A stretch of 64,000 bases of DNA, taken from contig QKEH01000042.1 in assembly GCA_003252385.1 (NCBI GenBank), forward strand, positions 5,284 through 69,283, in the 5' to 3' direction. Under the pieces are notes generated by a model. The model searched no databases and was not told the DNA's origin. It worked only from the letters and a program-made list of their open reading frames with translations. Below are positions 1 to 8,924 of this stretch, one piece after another. The stretch comes from Bacteroidota bacterium. Its GTDB lineage: Bacteria > Bacteroidota > Bacteroidia > Bacteroidales > UBA10428. Within the stretch, counting starts at the first letter, position 1; each line of letters starts with the position of its first letter. A program made the position numbers and the translations under genes.

Positions 1-1
1 T

Positions 2-319
2 ACCACGTTTAGCTTTGTGATGAACGTTAAACAACCCAGCGATTTGGAATCGTTGTCCAACGTAATGGGGGTGCAGGTATATCCGAATCCGGCGGAATCG
101 GTACTTACCATCGAAATGAACGAGGAACCCTTCAACCTGCGAAGTGTGCAATTGGTGGATATCAGCGGGCGTGTGGTTTACGACGATAATTATGGCGATT
201 TTTCAGTGGGCAGCTTATTCAGGTTAAATGTTTCGGCACTACCCAATGGCTACTATACCCTGTTGCTCAACAGCGATAGCGGCCGTTTTACCCAAAAGGT
301 GATTATTAACCGGAATTAG
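2..319 (+). CDS. 3' end of a gene for a T9SS-secreted protein (type-A Por C-terminal sorting domain); 5' part lies outside the window
   Basis: Frame is open from nt 2. The tail VQVYPNPAESVLTIEM...GYYTLLLNSDSGRFTQKVIINRN fits the Bacteroidota T9SS CTD pattern. A hairpin terminator follows. Confidence 0.7.
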   Translation, partial: TTFSFVMNVKQPSDLESLSNVMGVQVYPNPAESVLTIEMNEEPFNLRSVQLVDISGRVVYDDNYGDFSVGSLFRLNVSALPNGYYTLLLNSDSGRFTQKVIINRN

Positions 320-340
320 ATAACTATCAAAAATATGCAA

Positions 341-371
341 GCCCTGGTCCAGAAACACCAGGGCATTTTTA
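341..371 (+). terminator. Rho-independent terminator
   Basis: gccctggt (341-348) pairs with accagggc (357-364): 8-bp stem, 8-nt loop, then ATTTTTA. Confidence 0.6.
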
Positions 372-834
372 TTGTATGCAGTTACTGGTTTAAAGACATA
401 GGTGGCTATGCATCCCAAGGCGCGCAAAGGTTGTCCTTGTGCCGATTCTGCCTCAGCTCATAGCAGCACTTTTAGCCTGCGAATAGTGTGGTTTACACGT
501 ATGCCCTCAGCCGCAAGTAAAATTTCAGAGCGTGCACTGTTATTTGTCAGGTTTGCAGCTTGCACCGTACCTGGATGGATCTATCTGCCCGGATAATAAA
601 TAGGGATATGTTAGTGGGAATGTAGAGCACCAGCCAGAGCTTGCGCGATGCAAAGTAGTAGTTGAATTACTGCCTGTATTTGTGAGCAATGAATCATCAA
701 GTGTGAACCTGCTCGGATTTTAAAATACTGGGAGCTGAGGATAGCGTTGCGTCTGTGCCTTGCTCTTTTAACCAATACCTTCTACGGAGCGGGACACAGG
801 TCGGGGAGGCATCGGTCGATGAATTGGGTTGCCA

Positions 835-866
835 TAAAAAAACGACCTGCCGAAACAGCAGGTCGT
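835..866 (-). terminator. Rho-independent terminator downstream of tRNA-Pro
   Basis: acgacctgc (842-850) pairs with gcaggtcgt (858-866), a 9-bp stem. On the minus strand a T-run follows (A-run 836-842 on plus). Confidence 0.6.
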
Positions 867-875
867 TTTACCCAG

Positions 876-949
876 TCGGGGTGAGAAGACTCGAACTTCC
901 GACCCCTTGCACCCCATGCAAGTGCGCTAGCCAACTGCGCCACACCCCG
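876..949 (-). tRNA. tRNA-Pro (anticodon GGG)
   Basis: The 74-nt reverse complement CGGGGTG TG GCGC AGTTGGCTA GCGC A CTTGC ATGGGGT GCAAG GGGTC GGAAG TTCGAGT CTTCT CACCCCG A folds as a cloverleaf. The anticodon loop is A-T-GGG-G-T. No encoded CCA. Confidence 0.9.
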
Positions 950-1125
950 ATATGAGTTGCTTTCCTTGAAAAGCGATGCAAATAGAGTAATTTTTAATAT
1001 TTGAAAACTTATTGGGAGATATTGTCAGGAATTCGCTCCAAATTGAACCAATTCAGCCATTATTTCCTTTATTTGTCCCAGACAATTCGCAAACAGAGTT
1101 CATTTTGTCCGGTTTCCGGCAATGG

Positions 1126-1133
1126 TATATTTG
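1126..1133 (+). promoter_or_regulatory. Bacteroidota -7 promoter box (TAnnTTTG) upstream of trxB
   Basis: tatatttg lies 50 nt upstream of the trxB start. Confidence 0.4.
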
Positions 1134-1182
1134 TTGTCGGCAATCGGCTGGTATGCAATGAAACACAATAAAATCAACAGAT

Positions 1183-2184
1183 ATGGATTTCTTTAAACCG
1201 CTGGAAACAAGCGTTTCTCAAAGCCCGAAAACCCAACCGGTCGATTCGGAAAAGGTTAAATGTTTAATCATTGGTTCCGGACCTGCCGGATACACAGCGG
1301 CCATCTACGCCGCACGCGCTAATCTGAGTCCGGTGCTTTACGAAGGATTACAACCCGGTGGACAATTAACCACTACCAACGATGTGGAAAACTTTCCCGG
1401 TTACCCCGAGGGCATTACCGGACCTGAAATGATGGCTGATTTGAGAAAACAAGCGGAGCGGTTTGGTGCCGATATTCGCTTTGGGCTGGTAACCGAGGCC
1501 GATTTCAGTGGTTCTGAGCATAAGGTGCTACTGGATGGAGGTAAAGAGCTGGTGGCCGAATCGGTAATCATTGCTACCGGAGCCACAGCGAAATACCTGG
1601 GCATTGAATCGGAGACCAAATATGCCGGATCGGGTGTGTCGGCCTGTGCCACGTGCGACGGGTTCTTTTACCGGGGTAAAGATGTGGCAGTGGTAGGAGG
1701 GGGCGATACCGCCTGCGAAGAGTCGATCTACCTCGCCGGCTTGTGCAACAAGGTTTACCTCATCGTTCGCAAGAACTTTCTGCGGGCATCCAAGGTAATG
1801 CAGGAGCGGGTGTTGAAAACTCCCAATATTGAGGTGCTTTTTGAGCACAACACCCTGGAACTGCAAGGCGACGGGGTAGTTGAAAAAGCGATTCTCATTA
1901 AACGGAAGGGAGAACAGGACGAAAGCATCGTGGAAATTGCCATTGACGGATTTTTTCTGGCGATTGGCCACACCCCCAATTCAACCCCGTTTAAACCCTA
2001 TGTAAACACCGATGAGCAAGGGTACATCGTTACCGAAGCTCCCACCAGCAAAACCAATGTGCCCGGTGTTTTTGCCTGTGGCGATGTGATGGATCCGATA
2101 TACCGTCAGGCCATTACGGCTGCCGGCTCGGGATGCAAAGCCGCCATTGATGCAGAGCGCTATCTGGCCGAAAGGAAAATATAG
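1183..2184 (+). CDS. trxB: Thioredoxin-disulfide reductase
   Basis: FAD motif GSGPAGYTAAIYAAR, redox-active CATCDG, NADPH motif VVGGGDTA, and C-terminal GVFACGDV. Confidence 0.93.
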   Translation: MDFFKPLETSVSQSPKTQPVDSEKVKCLIIGSGPAGYTAAIYAARANLSPVLYEGLQPGGQLTTTNDVENFPGYPEGITGPEMMADLRKQAERFGADIRFGLVTEADFSGSEHKVLLDGGKELVAESVIIATGATAKYLGIESETKYAGSGVSACATCDGFFYRGKDVAVVGGGDTACEESIYLAGLCNKVYLIVRKNFLRASKVMQERVLKTPNIEVLFEHNTLELQGDGVVEKAILIKRKGEQDESIVEIAIDGFFLAIGHTPNSTPFKPYVNTDEQGYIVTEAPTSKTNVPGVFACGDVMDPIYRQAITAAGSGCKAAIDAERYLAERKI

Positions 2185-2203
2185 GAAACCGTGATGACAT
2201 ACT

Positions 2204-2232
2204 AAAACCGCCGCTAATCGTCGGTTTTTTTT
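2204..2232 (+). terminator. Rho-independent terminator after trxB
   Basis: aaaaccg (2204-2210) pairs with cggtttt (2222-2228), followed by a T-run to 2232. Confidence 0.5.
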
Positions 2233-2316
2233 GAACGAATTTGGGACAGCCATAAAAACAAAACAAGAGGACAGCACGTGGTGCTTCCTCCTGTTTATGC
2301 GGTATGCGTTATGCTT

Positions 2317-3582
2317 TTAAGCCAGCTGTTGCATCATGGATCCAATCGTATCCGATTGATATTTTCCATCCACCAGTTTGGCTTTTACTTCTTTAAAGGC
2401 GGCAATGGTACGGTCTACATCATTCGTGGTATGAACCGCTGTTGGAATGATCCGAAGCAGAATTTCACCCTTCGGAATAACCGGGTAAATCACCATCGAA
2501 CAGAAGATGGAGTAATTTTCCCTTAGGTCGATAATTACGTTGGTAGCTTCGGCCACATTACCCTTCAGGTATACCGGGGTAACGGGAGAGGCACATTTGC
2601 CCAGATCGAAACCGTTATCTTTTAATCCTTTTTGAAGGCGGTTAACGATCGCCCACAAATTGTCTCTCAGGCTGGAGTCGTTAATCAGAAGATCCAATCT
2701 TTTAAGGGCACCCATCACCATAGGCATAGGGAGCGACTTGGCAAAAGTTTGCGACCGCATATTGTACATCAGGTAGTCAATAACATCTTCCTCGCCGGCA
2801 ACAAAGGCACCAATACCTGCCATAGCTTTGGCAAAGGTCGAGAAATAAAGGTCGATCTGATCCTGTACACCAAAATGCTCGCCGGTGCCGGCACCGGTTT
2901 TGCCCATGGTACCAAATCCATGCGCATCGTCTACCAGTAAACGGAAATTGAATTTCCTCTTAAGTGCCACAATTTCGTCCAGTTTACCCAGGTCGCCGGC
3001 CATACCAAATACTCCCTCGGTAATTACCAGAATACCACCGCCACTTTCCTGTACGCGTTTGGTGGCCATTTTGAGCATTTTTTCGCAACGCTCAATGTCG
3101 TTGTGGGGAAATACGAAGCTTTTACCGCCGGTGGCCTTGTGCAGGAAAATACCGTCCATAATACAGGCGTGCGATTCCGAGTCGTACACAATAACATCGT
3201 TACGTCCGCACATGGTTTGAATGATAGAAACCATTCCCTGGTAGCCGTAATTCAGCAGGAAAGAACTTTTCTTACCTACAAAAGCAGCCAGTTTGTTTTC
3301 CAACTCTTCGTGGTATACAGTCTGACCCGACATCATCCGGGCACCCATGGGGGCAGCCATACCAAATTTAATGGCGCCATCAGCATCGGCTTTGCGTACT
3401 TCGGGGTGGTTGGCCAGGCCAATATAGTTGTTAAGGCTCCAGTTCAGAACCTCTTTACCCCTGAATTTCATATGAGGGCCAATCTCGCCTTCCAGTTTTG
3501 GGAACATGAAATAGCCATGGGCTACTTTCTGGTATTGACCGAGAGGACCTCTATTCTTCTGAATTTTATCAAAAATATCCAC
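2317..3582 (-). CDS. PLP-dependent alpha-oxoamine synthase (BioF/Kbl/serine palmitoyltransferase family)
   Basis: Class-II aminotransferase fold features: LNWSLNNYIGL, DSESHACIMDG, VDDAHGFG, and the PLP-lysine region FSTFAKAMAG. The start is moved from the ORF-track TTG at 3669 to GTG at 3582, because a TAnnTTTG box at 3611-3618 lies inside the longer ORF. Confidence 0.8.
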   Translation of the reverse strand: MDIFDKIQKNRGPLGQYQKVAHGYFMFPKLEGEIGPHMKFRGKEVLNWSLNNYIGLANHPEVRKADADGAIKFGMAAPMGARMMSGQTVYHEELENKLAAFVGKKSSFLLNYGYQGMVSIIQTMCGRNDVIVYDSESHACIMDGIFLHKATGGKSFVFPHNDIERCEKMLKMATKRVQESGGGILVITEGVFGMAGDLGKLDEIVALKRKFNFRLLVDDAHGFGTMGKTGAGTGEHFGVQDQIDLYFSTFAKAMAGIGAFVAGEEDVIDYLMYNMRSQTFAKSLPMPMVMGALKRLDLLINDSSLRDNLWAIVNRLQKGLKDNGFDLGKCASPVTPVYLKGNVAEATNVIIDLRENYSIFCSMVIYPVIPKGEILLRIIPTAVHTTNDVDRTIAAFKEVKAKLVDGKYQSDTIGSMMQQLA

Positions 3583-3610
3583 AGTATCTAAGTTTAAATT
3601 TATGAATGCA

Positions 3611-3618
3611 CAAAAGTA
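3611..3618 (-). promoter_or_regulatory. Bacteroidota -7 promoter box for the alpha-oxoamine synthase gene
   Basis: The minus strand reads tacttttg (TAnnTTTG), 29 nt upstream of GTG 3582. Confidence 0.4.
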
Positions 3619-3783
3619 ATGGTTTTTGGCAGCAAAGCAAATCGGGAGTTGTAAACACAGGCAGTTCAAACTTTTACTTGTAGTGCATACCAGCGGGAGC
3701 CGGTTTTTCGTTAAAGAGTATTAAATATACCGGAAATGCGGTGTTATGCTGACGGCGGAATTTTTCATTCGGATTATTTATTA

Positions 3784-3791
3784 TAAATTTG
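3784..3791 (+). promoter_or_regulatory. Bacteroidota -7 promoter box upstream of bamD
   Basis: taaatttg lies 13-19 nt upstream of the ATGs at 3804 and 3810. Confidence 0.35.
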
Positions 3792-3809
3792 CAGATATTT
3801 TTCATGTAC

Positions 3810-4634
3810 ATGAAGTTTAGTATTAAGATTGTAAGTATTGTGCTCGGGGCTTTGCTGATAGCCGGATGTAGTGGTTACGAAAAGCTGTTAAAAAGCAACG
3901 ATTCAAGAAAAAAATTTGAAGCTGCCAAGAAATATTACGCGGAAGAGGATTATGTCCGGTCAGCGGCTCTGTTGGATCAGATAGCCACCCTATACCGGGG
4001 GACCGAGTTTGCCGATTCGGTGTATTACCTGCAAGCCATGAGTTATTACAAACAACTTGACTATATTCTGGCAGGGCATTACTTCCGGACTTTTGCAAAA
4101 ACCTACGGAGCCAGTCCTTTCGCCGAAGAAGCCGATTACATGGGAGCCTATTGCTTCTACCTTACATCGCCCCGGCCAGAGCTCGATCAGGAGAATACCG
4201 TACAGGCCATACAAGCCTTTCAGTTGTATATGATCAAGTATCCTTACAGTAAACGAAGTGAGGAGGTTATGGACATGTTGGCCGAAATGCGGGATAAACT
4301 GGTAGAGAAGTCGTTTATATCGGCGCGCCTGTACTACGATCTGGAAGACTACAAGGCTGCGATGATTGCATTAAATAACAGTCTGGTGGAATATCCGGAG
4401 AGCAAATTCCGCGAAGAACTTATGTTTATGCTCGTAAAATCGAGCTATATGCTGGCAGACAACAGCGTAGAGAGTAAAAAGAAGGATCGCTATCAGGATG
4501 CTATTGACGAATACTATTCCTTTGCCGCTGAATATCCCGAGAGCGGATACATGAAAGATGCCAGGAAATACTATCGCCTTTCAGCCAAATACCTGGGCGA
4601 TGAAGTTCAAAGTGACGAAACCATTCAAGAATAA
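3810..4634 (+). CDS. bamD: Outer membrane protein assembly factor BamD (TPR lipoprotein)
   Basis: Lipoprotein signal MKFSIKIVSIVLGALLIAGC and TPR-like repeats (KKYYAEEDYVRSAALLDQ). Position upstream of rpoZ-coaBC is as usual in Bacteroidota. An ATG at 3804 is also possible. Confidence 0.8.
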   Translation: MKFSIKIVSIVLGALLIAGCSGYEKLLKSNDSRKKFEAAKKYYAEEDYVRSAALLDQIATLYRGTEFADSVYYLQAMSYYKQLDYILAGHYFRTFAKTYGASPFAEEADYMGAYCFYLTSPRPELDQENTVQAIQAFQLYMIKYPYSKRSEEVMDMLAEMRDKLVEKSFISARLYYDLEDYKAAMIALNNSLVEYPESKFREELMFMLVKSSYMLADNSVESKKKDRYQDAIDEYYSFAAEYPESGYMKDARKYYRLSAKYLGDEVQSDETIQE

Positions 4635-4640
4635 TTAGAT

Positions 4641-4970
4641 ATGACCATGGATTATAAAAAATCAAAAGCACCATCAACTACTGTTACCCGCAACACTGCC
4701 GATTTGGAAGATAGAGCAGGCAACATTTACAAAGCAGTTGTAATTGCCGCGAAACGTTCGAACCAAATTAGTGCTGAAATTAAAGAAGAATTAAACCGCA
4801 AATTGGAAGAGTTTGCCAACTATTCCGATAATCTGGAGGAAGTATTCGAGAATCGGGAGCAGATCGAAATATCACGTTTCTATGAGCGTATGCCTAAGTC
4901 AACCCTAATTGCGCTGGAAGAGTTCGAAACCGGTGAAGTTTACGTACGTGAACCTGAAAGTCAGGAGTAA
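4641..4970 (+). CDS. rpoZ: DNA-directed RNA polymerase subunit omega (Bacteroidota type)
   Basis: GNIYKAVVIAAKRSNQISAEIKEEL core and a size of about 109 aa. Conserved position between bamD and coaBC. Confidence 0.7.
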   Translation: MTMDYKKSKAPSTTVTRNTADLEDRAGNIYKAVVIAAKRSNQISAEIKEELNRKLEEFANYSDNLEEVFENREQIEISRFYERMPKSTLIALEEFETGEVYVREPESQE

Positions 4971-6209
4971 TTGGACCTGAAAGGTAAAAATATTATCCTT
5001 GGAGTAACCGGAAGTATAGCAGCCTATAAAGCTGCTATACTTATTAGGTTACTTATTAAAAGCGGAGCTCAGGTAAAAGTGGTTATGACAGAACTGGCCA
5101 AAGCCTTTATTTCGCCGCTTACCCTGGCTACATTATCCAAAAATCCCATACTGGTCGAATTTTACAATCCCGAAAATGGCGATTGGAACAGCCATGTGGA
5201 TTTGGGGATTTGGGCCGATGCCTTACTTATAGCTCCCGCTACGGCTAATACCATGGCCAAAATGGCAACAGGAGTGGCCGACAATCTGTTGCTAACCACT
5301 TATCTTTCGGCTCGCTGTCCGGTTTTTGTGGCTCCTGCCATGGATCTGGACATGTACCGGCATCAGACCACACAGGAGAATCTGGTCACTCTTCAACGGC
5401 ATGGTGTTACGGTAATTGAACCATCAATCGGAGAACTCGCCAGTGGTCTCGAAGGGAAAGGACGTATGGAGGATCCGGAGACGATAGTTCAGGTTTTGAC
5501 CCAATGGTTTTCGGAAGAAAGTCAAAAAAAAAAGCACCCCGGTAAACTGGAAGGAAAAAAAGTACTGATTACAGCAGGTCCCACTTACGAATCAATTGAC
5601 GCAGTCCGTTTTGTAGGCAATTACTCAAGCGGTAAGATGGGCTATGCCCTGGTCAGGCGGCTGATTGAACAGGGAGCCGAAGTGTACCTGGTAAGTGGGC
5701 CGGTGCAGTTACAAGTGCCCGATGGCGTTTGCGAATTTATTCCGGTACAATCGGCACGCCAAATGTACGATGCCTGTTACCGTTTGTTCCCGGCTATGGA
5801 TATAGCCATTCTTGCCGCAGCGGTGGCCGATTATCGCCCCAGGGAAGTGGTTGACCATAAAATTAAAAGCACTGCCGACAGCCTGACCCTCGAACTGGAA
5901 AAGACCATAGATATTGCCATGGAACTGGGTAAGCTGAAAAAAGCCAACCAGCTATTGGCCGGGTTTGCCCTCGAAACTGAAAACGAGTTGGAGCATGCAC
6001 AGGAAAAAATGAGGCGCAAAAATTTCGACCTCATTGTACTTAATTCCTTGCAGGATGCCGGTGCGGGGTTTGGCTACGATACCAATAAGATTAGTATCAT
6101 CGGAACGGACAATAAATGGATCCGTTTTGGGTTAAAGAGTAAGGATGATGTAGCCCTGGATATCCTTGAGGCCATTTCAGAAAAACTTTCCGATCATGAA
6201 AAAAATTAG
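4971..6209 (+). CDS. coaBC: Bifunctional phosphopantothenoylcysteine decarboxylase / phosphopantothenate-cysteine ligase
   Basis: N-terminal flavoprotein motif GKNIILGVTGSIAAYKA, PAMDLDMY, and C-terminal ligase domain ITAGPTYESIDAVRFVGNYSSGKMG. A TTG start directly abuts the rpoZ stop. Confidence 0.93.
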   Translation: MDLKGKNIILGVTGSIAAYKAAILIRLLIKSGAQVKVVMTELAKAFISPLTLATLSKNPILVEFYNPENGDWNSHVDLGIWADALLIAPATANTMAKMATGVADNLLLTTYLSARCPVFVAPAMDLDMYRHQTTQENLVTLQRHGVTVIEPSIGELASGLEGKGRMEDPETIVQVLTQWFSEESQKKKHPGKLEGKKVLITAGPTYESIDAVRFVGNYSSGKMGYALVRRLIEQGAEVYLVSGPVQLQVPDGVCEFIPVQSARQMYDACYRLFPAMDIAILAAAVADYRPREVVDHKIKSTADSLTLELEKTIDIAMELGKLKKANQLLAGFALETENELEHAQEKMRRKNFDLIVLNSLQDAGAGFGYDTNKISIIGTDNKWIRFGLKSKDDVALDILEAISEKLSDHEKN

Positions 6210-7101
6210 TCTTGTCTTTCTTCTGGTTATTCTGGCGCGCCTGACTTTTGCCCAGGAGTTGAACTGTTTTATATCGGTCAATGCCGAGCAGATACAAGGT
6301 ACAAATCGTGATATGTTTAATACCCTGCGCGAGGCAATAAGCGATTTCATGAACAATACAACCTGGACCAGCCATACCTTTGAAGTGCACGAACGCATCG
6401 AGTGCAACCTGCTGTTTACCATAACTCAGGAATTGACGGCAGGAACCTATCAAGCGAAGTTAAGTATTCAGTCGCGCCGTCCGGTGTACGGTTCATCCTA
6501 CAATACGGTTATGCTTAATTATATGGACGAAGACATTGAGTTTGAGTACACGGAATACGATCCGCTGGAGTTCTCGGAGTTAACCCATATCAATAACCTA
6601 ACTTCGATTCTGGCCTATTATGCCTACATCATTATCGGATTGGATTACGATTCCTTCAGCCCCAAGGGAGGAACTCCCTATTTCGAGAAAGCCAACAAAG
6701 TGGTTCTGAATGCCCAGTCGGCAGTTCAAAAAGGATGGAAAGCCACTGAGAGCCGTGGTCGGAATAACCGGTACTGGCTGGTGAATAATATATTGGATGA
6801 AGGGTACTCGCCCCTACGTGAGTTTAGTTACAACTACCACCGAAAGGGGTTGGATTTGATGGAAAAATCGGTCGAAACCGGACGTTTGGCCATTAGCGAA
6901 TCGATTTACGAATTGGAGAAGTTTTTTAAAGCCAAACCCGATCCTTTTATGCATTTTTTTAAGGTAGTGATGGATTCGAAGGCTCAGGAGCTGGTACAGA
7001 TCTATTCTGAGGCGCCTCAGGAAGAAAAAACTAAGATATACTCGATCCTGACCCGTATTGATCCGGCCAATAGCAGCAAATACACCGAATTGCAGCAATA
7101 G
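6196..7101 (+). CDS. DUF4835-family protein (conserved coaBC-recN neighbour in Bacteroidota)
   Basis: Signal peptide MKKISLVFLLVILARLTFAQ. Typical synteny between coaBC and recN. Overlaps the coaBC end by 14 nt. Confidence 0.65.
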   Translation: MKKISLVFLLVILARLTFAQELNCFISVNAEQIQGTNRDMFNTLREAISDFMNNTTWTSHTFEVHERIECNLLFTITQELTAGTYQAKLSIQSRRPVYGSSYNTVMLNYMDEDIEFEYTEYDPLEFSELTHINNLTSILAYYAYIIIGLDYDSFSPKGGTPYFEKANKVVLNAQSAVQKGWKATESRGRNNRYWLVNNILDEGYSPLREFSYNYHRKGLDLMEKSVETGRLAISESIYELEKFFKAKPDPFMHFFKVVMDSKAQELVQIYSEAPQEEKTKIYSILTRIDPANSSKYTELQQ

Positions 7102-7191
7102 CCCGTCTCTTAATAACATGTTTATAGAAATCCCTTAACGGCACGGTGGTGTCCGAAGAGAATTACCTAATTTTACCCAAAATTTTCCGGG

Positions 7192-8844
7192 ATGCTCACT
7201 ACGATCCGTATTGATAATTACGCCCTGATTGATACCCTCGAACTGGATCTTAAACCAGGGCTGACTATCATTACCGGGGAAACCGGTGCGGGAAAGTCCA
7301 TTCTGTTGGGTGCATTGGGTTTGTTGTTGGGCAAGCGGGCCGATACCGCAGTTTTAAAGGATCCTTCGCGCAAGTGTATTGTGGAAGGGGATTTTCGCAT
7401 TAAAGCCTATGGGCTCGAAGATTTTTTTCGCCGTAATGAACTCGATTACCACGATGAAACCTGTATCCGGAGGGAAATTTCCAATTCCGGAAAATCGAGG
7501 GCGTTTATTAACGATACCCCTGTTAATTTGAATACGCTTCAGGAACTCACTCTGGCTTTGGTTGATATCCATTCGCAGCATCAGAACTTATCACTTAACG
7601 ATACCGATTACCTGCGCTGGATTATTGACTCCTATGCTGGGGTGGAACAACAGACCCGGGAGCTGAATAAGCAATTTGAAGCCTATTCCGAGTTGAAACG
7701 CAGCTACCAGCATGCCCGCGAATCGTACCTCGAAGACCAGAAGAACCTGGACTATCTGACCCATCAGTTTCAGGAACTGGCAGCGGCCCGATTGATTGCC
7801 GGAGAATTGGCTACTTTGGAGGAATACGCCGATACGTTAAGCCATGCTGCGGATATTAAGCTCGCACTCGAAGCCTCATCGGCCGCACTCGACCACGAAG
7901 AGCAAGGTTCCCTTATCGGTTTAAAGCACCTGTTGCACGAACTGGAAAAGGTGCGGGCGCATCTTCCTGCTGCTCACGCGTTGTGGCAGAGAGCCCAGGA
8001 AGCGTATATCGAGCTTCGGGATATCAGCAGCGAGGTGCAACGTGAATCGGATCGGATTGAAGTGGATCCGGCCCGGTTGGAAGAGGTCAATGCACGCATA
8101 AATCTTTTAAATACCCTGCTGCATAAGCATCAGGTGGCTTCAATCGAAGAACTCATCGACCTGCGTGATCAGCTGGACGCAAGGTTGCAGCAATTTGCCG
8201 TGGGCGATTACGAATTGGAAGAACGAAAAAAGATACTTCTGGCTCATGAAGAGGACGTAAACCGCATGGCACGAAAACTTTCAGAAGACAGGATGGCCTG
8301 TTTTGCTGCTTTCGAAGGGAAAATTCAGGAGTTACTTCAAAACCTGGGTATGAAACATGCGGTCTTTCAGGTGGTACGCCAGGAAACCGAAGTGGGAGCC
8401 TTTGGTATGGATCGCATCCAGTTTTTGTTTTCAGCCAATAAAAGCATTGCCCCTCAGAATATCTCGCGTGTGGCCTCGGGTGGCGAATTATCACGACTTA
8501 TGCTGGCTGTGAAGTATTTAATTTCGGGAGCATCGGCACTGCCTACCATTGTTCTTGACGAAATTGATACCGGCGTATCCGGTGAAATTGCCGATAAAGT
8601 GGGGAACCTGATCCGGGATATGGCATCCGGTATGCAAGTACTCAACATCACGCATCTTCCCCAAATTGCAGGTAAGGGCAATCAACATCTGCAGGTGTAC
8701 AAAGAAAGTGACCACGGAACTACCCAGACCCGGATCCGGGAACTCAATAACCAGGAGCGATTAGCCGAAATAGCCCGGATGCTTAGTGGCGATACCATTA
8801 CCGAGGCTGCCATGAAGAATGCGAAGGTGCTTCTGGAAAATTAA
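7192..8844 (+). CDS. recN: DNA repair protein RecN
   Basis: SMC-like: Walker A GETGAGKS, long coiled-coil middle, signature SGGELSR and Walker B VLDEIDTG. Confidence 0.93.
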   Translation: MLTTIRIDNYALIDTLELDLKPGLTIITGETGAGKSILLGALGLLLGKRADTAVLKDPSRKCIVEGDFRIKAYGLEDFFRRNELDYHDETCIRREISNSGKSRAFINDTPVNLNTLQELTLALVDIHSQHQNLSLNDTDYLRWIIDSYAGVEQQTRELNKQFEAYSELKRSYQHARESYLEDQKNLDYLTHQFQELAAARLIAGELATLEEYADTLSHAADIKLALEASSAALDHEEQGSLIGLKHLLHELEKVRAHLPAAHALWQRAQEAYIELRDISSEVQRESDRIEVDPARLEEVNARINLLNTLLHKHQVASIEELIDLRDQLDARLQQFAVGDYELEERKKILLAHEEDVNRMARKLSEDRMACFAAFEGKIQELLQNLGMKHAVFQVVRQETEVGAFGMDRIQFLFSANKSIAPQNISRVASGGELSRLMLAVKYLISGASALPTIVLDEIDTGVSGEIADKVGNLIRDMASGMQVLNITHLPQIAGKGNQHLQVYKESDHGTTQTRIRELNNQERLAEIARMLSGDTITEAAMKNAKVLLEN

Positions 8845-8890
8845 TCTATTTAAAATAATTCTAAATAAATTTAATTCGGTGGCAAATAGC

Positions 8891-8898
8891 TATCTTTG
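8891..8898 (+). promoter_or_regulatory. Bacteroidota -7 promoter box upstream of fabI
   Basis: tatctttg (TAnnTTTG) lies 27 nt upstream of ATG 8925. Confidence 0.45.
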
Positions 8899-8924
8899 CT
8901 GCCTGTTTTGAAACTAAACGTAAA

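Noticed and set aside
755-955. 66-aa ORF overlapping tRNA-Pro and 90-aa ORF (62885-63157) overlapping tRNA-Gly.
   Set aside because: Both run across clean cloverleaf tRNA genes and their terminators, so they are artefacts of ORF calling.
1401-1979. Antisense and shadow ORFs inside well-supported genes. Examples: 1528-1971 and 1755-1979 in trxB, 8973-9506 in fabI, 12712-13278 in GT2, 33080-33931 in the GH-like gene, 40309-40908 in dnaB, 57104-57844 in mrdA and 58401-59084 in rodA.
   Set aside because: They lie opposite or out of frame to ORFs with clear family motifs. They have Arg/Ser/Gly-rich shadow composition and no independent signals.
3810-8844. The bamD-rpoZ-coaBC-DUF4835-recN block considered as a candidate novel system.
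   Set aside because: To my knowledge this order is widespread core synteny in Bacteroidota. Only the DUF4835 member is functionally unclear, and nothing unusual is seen here.
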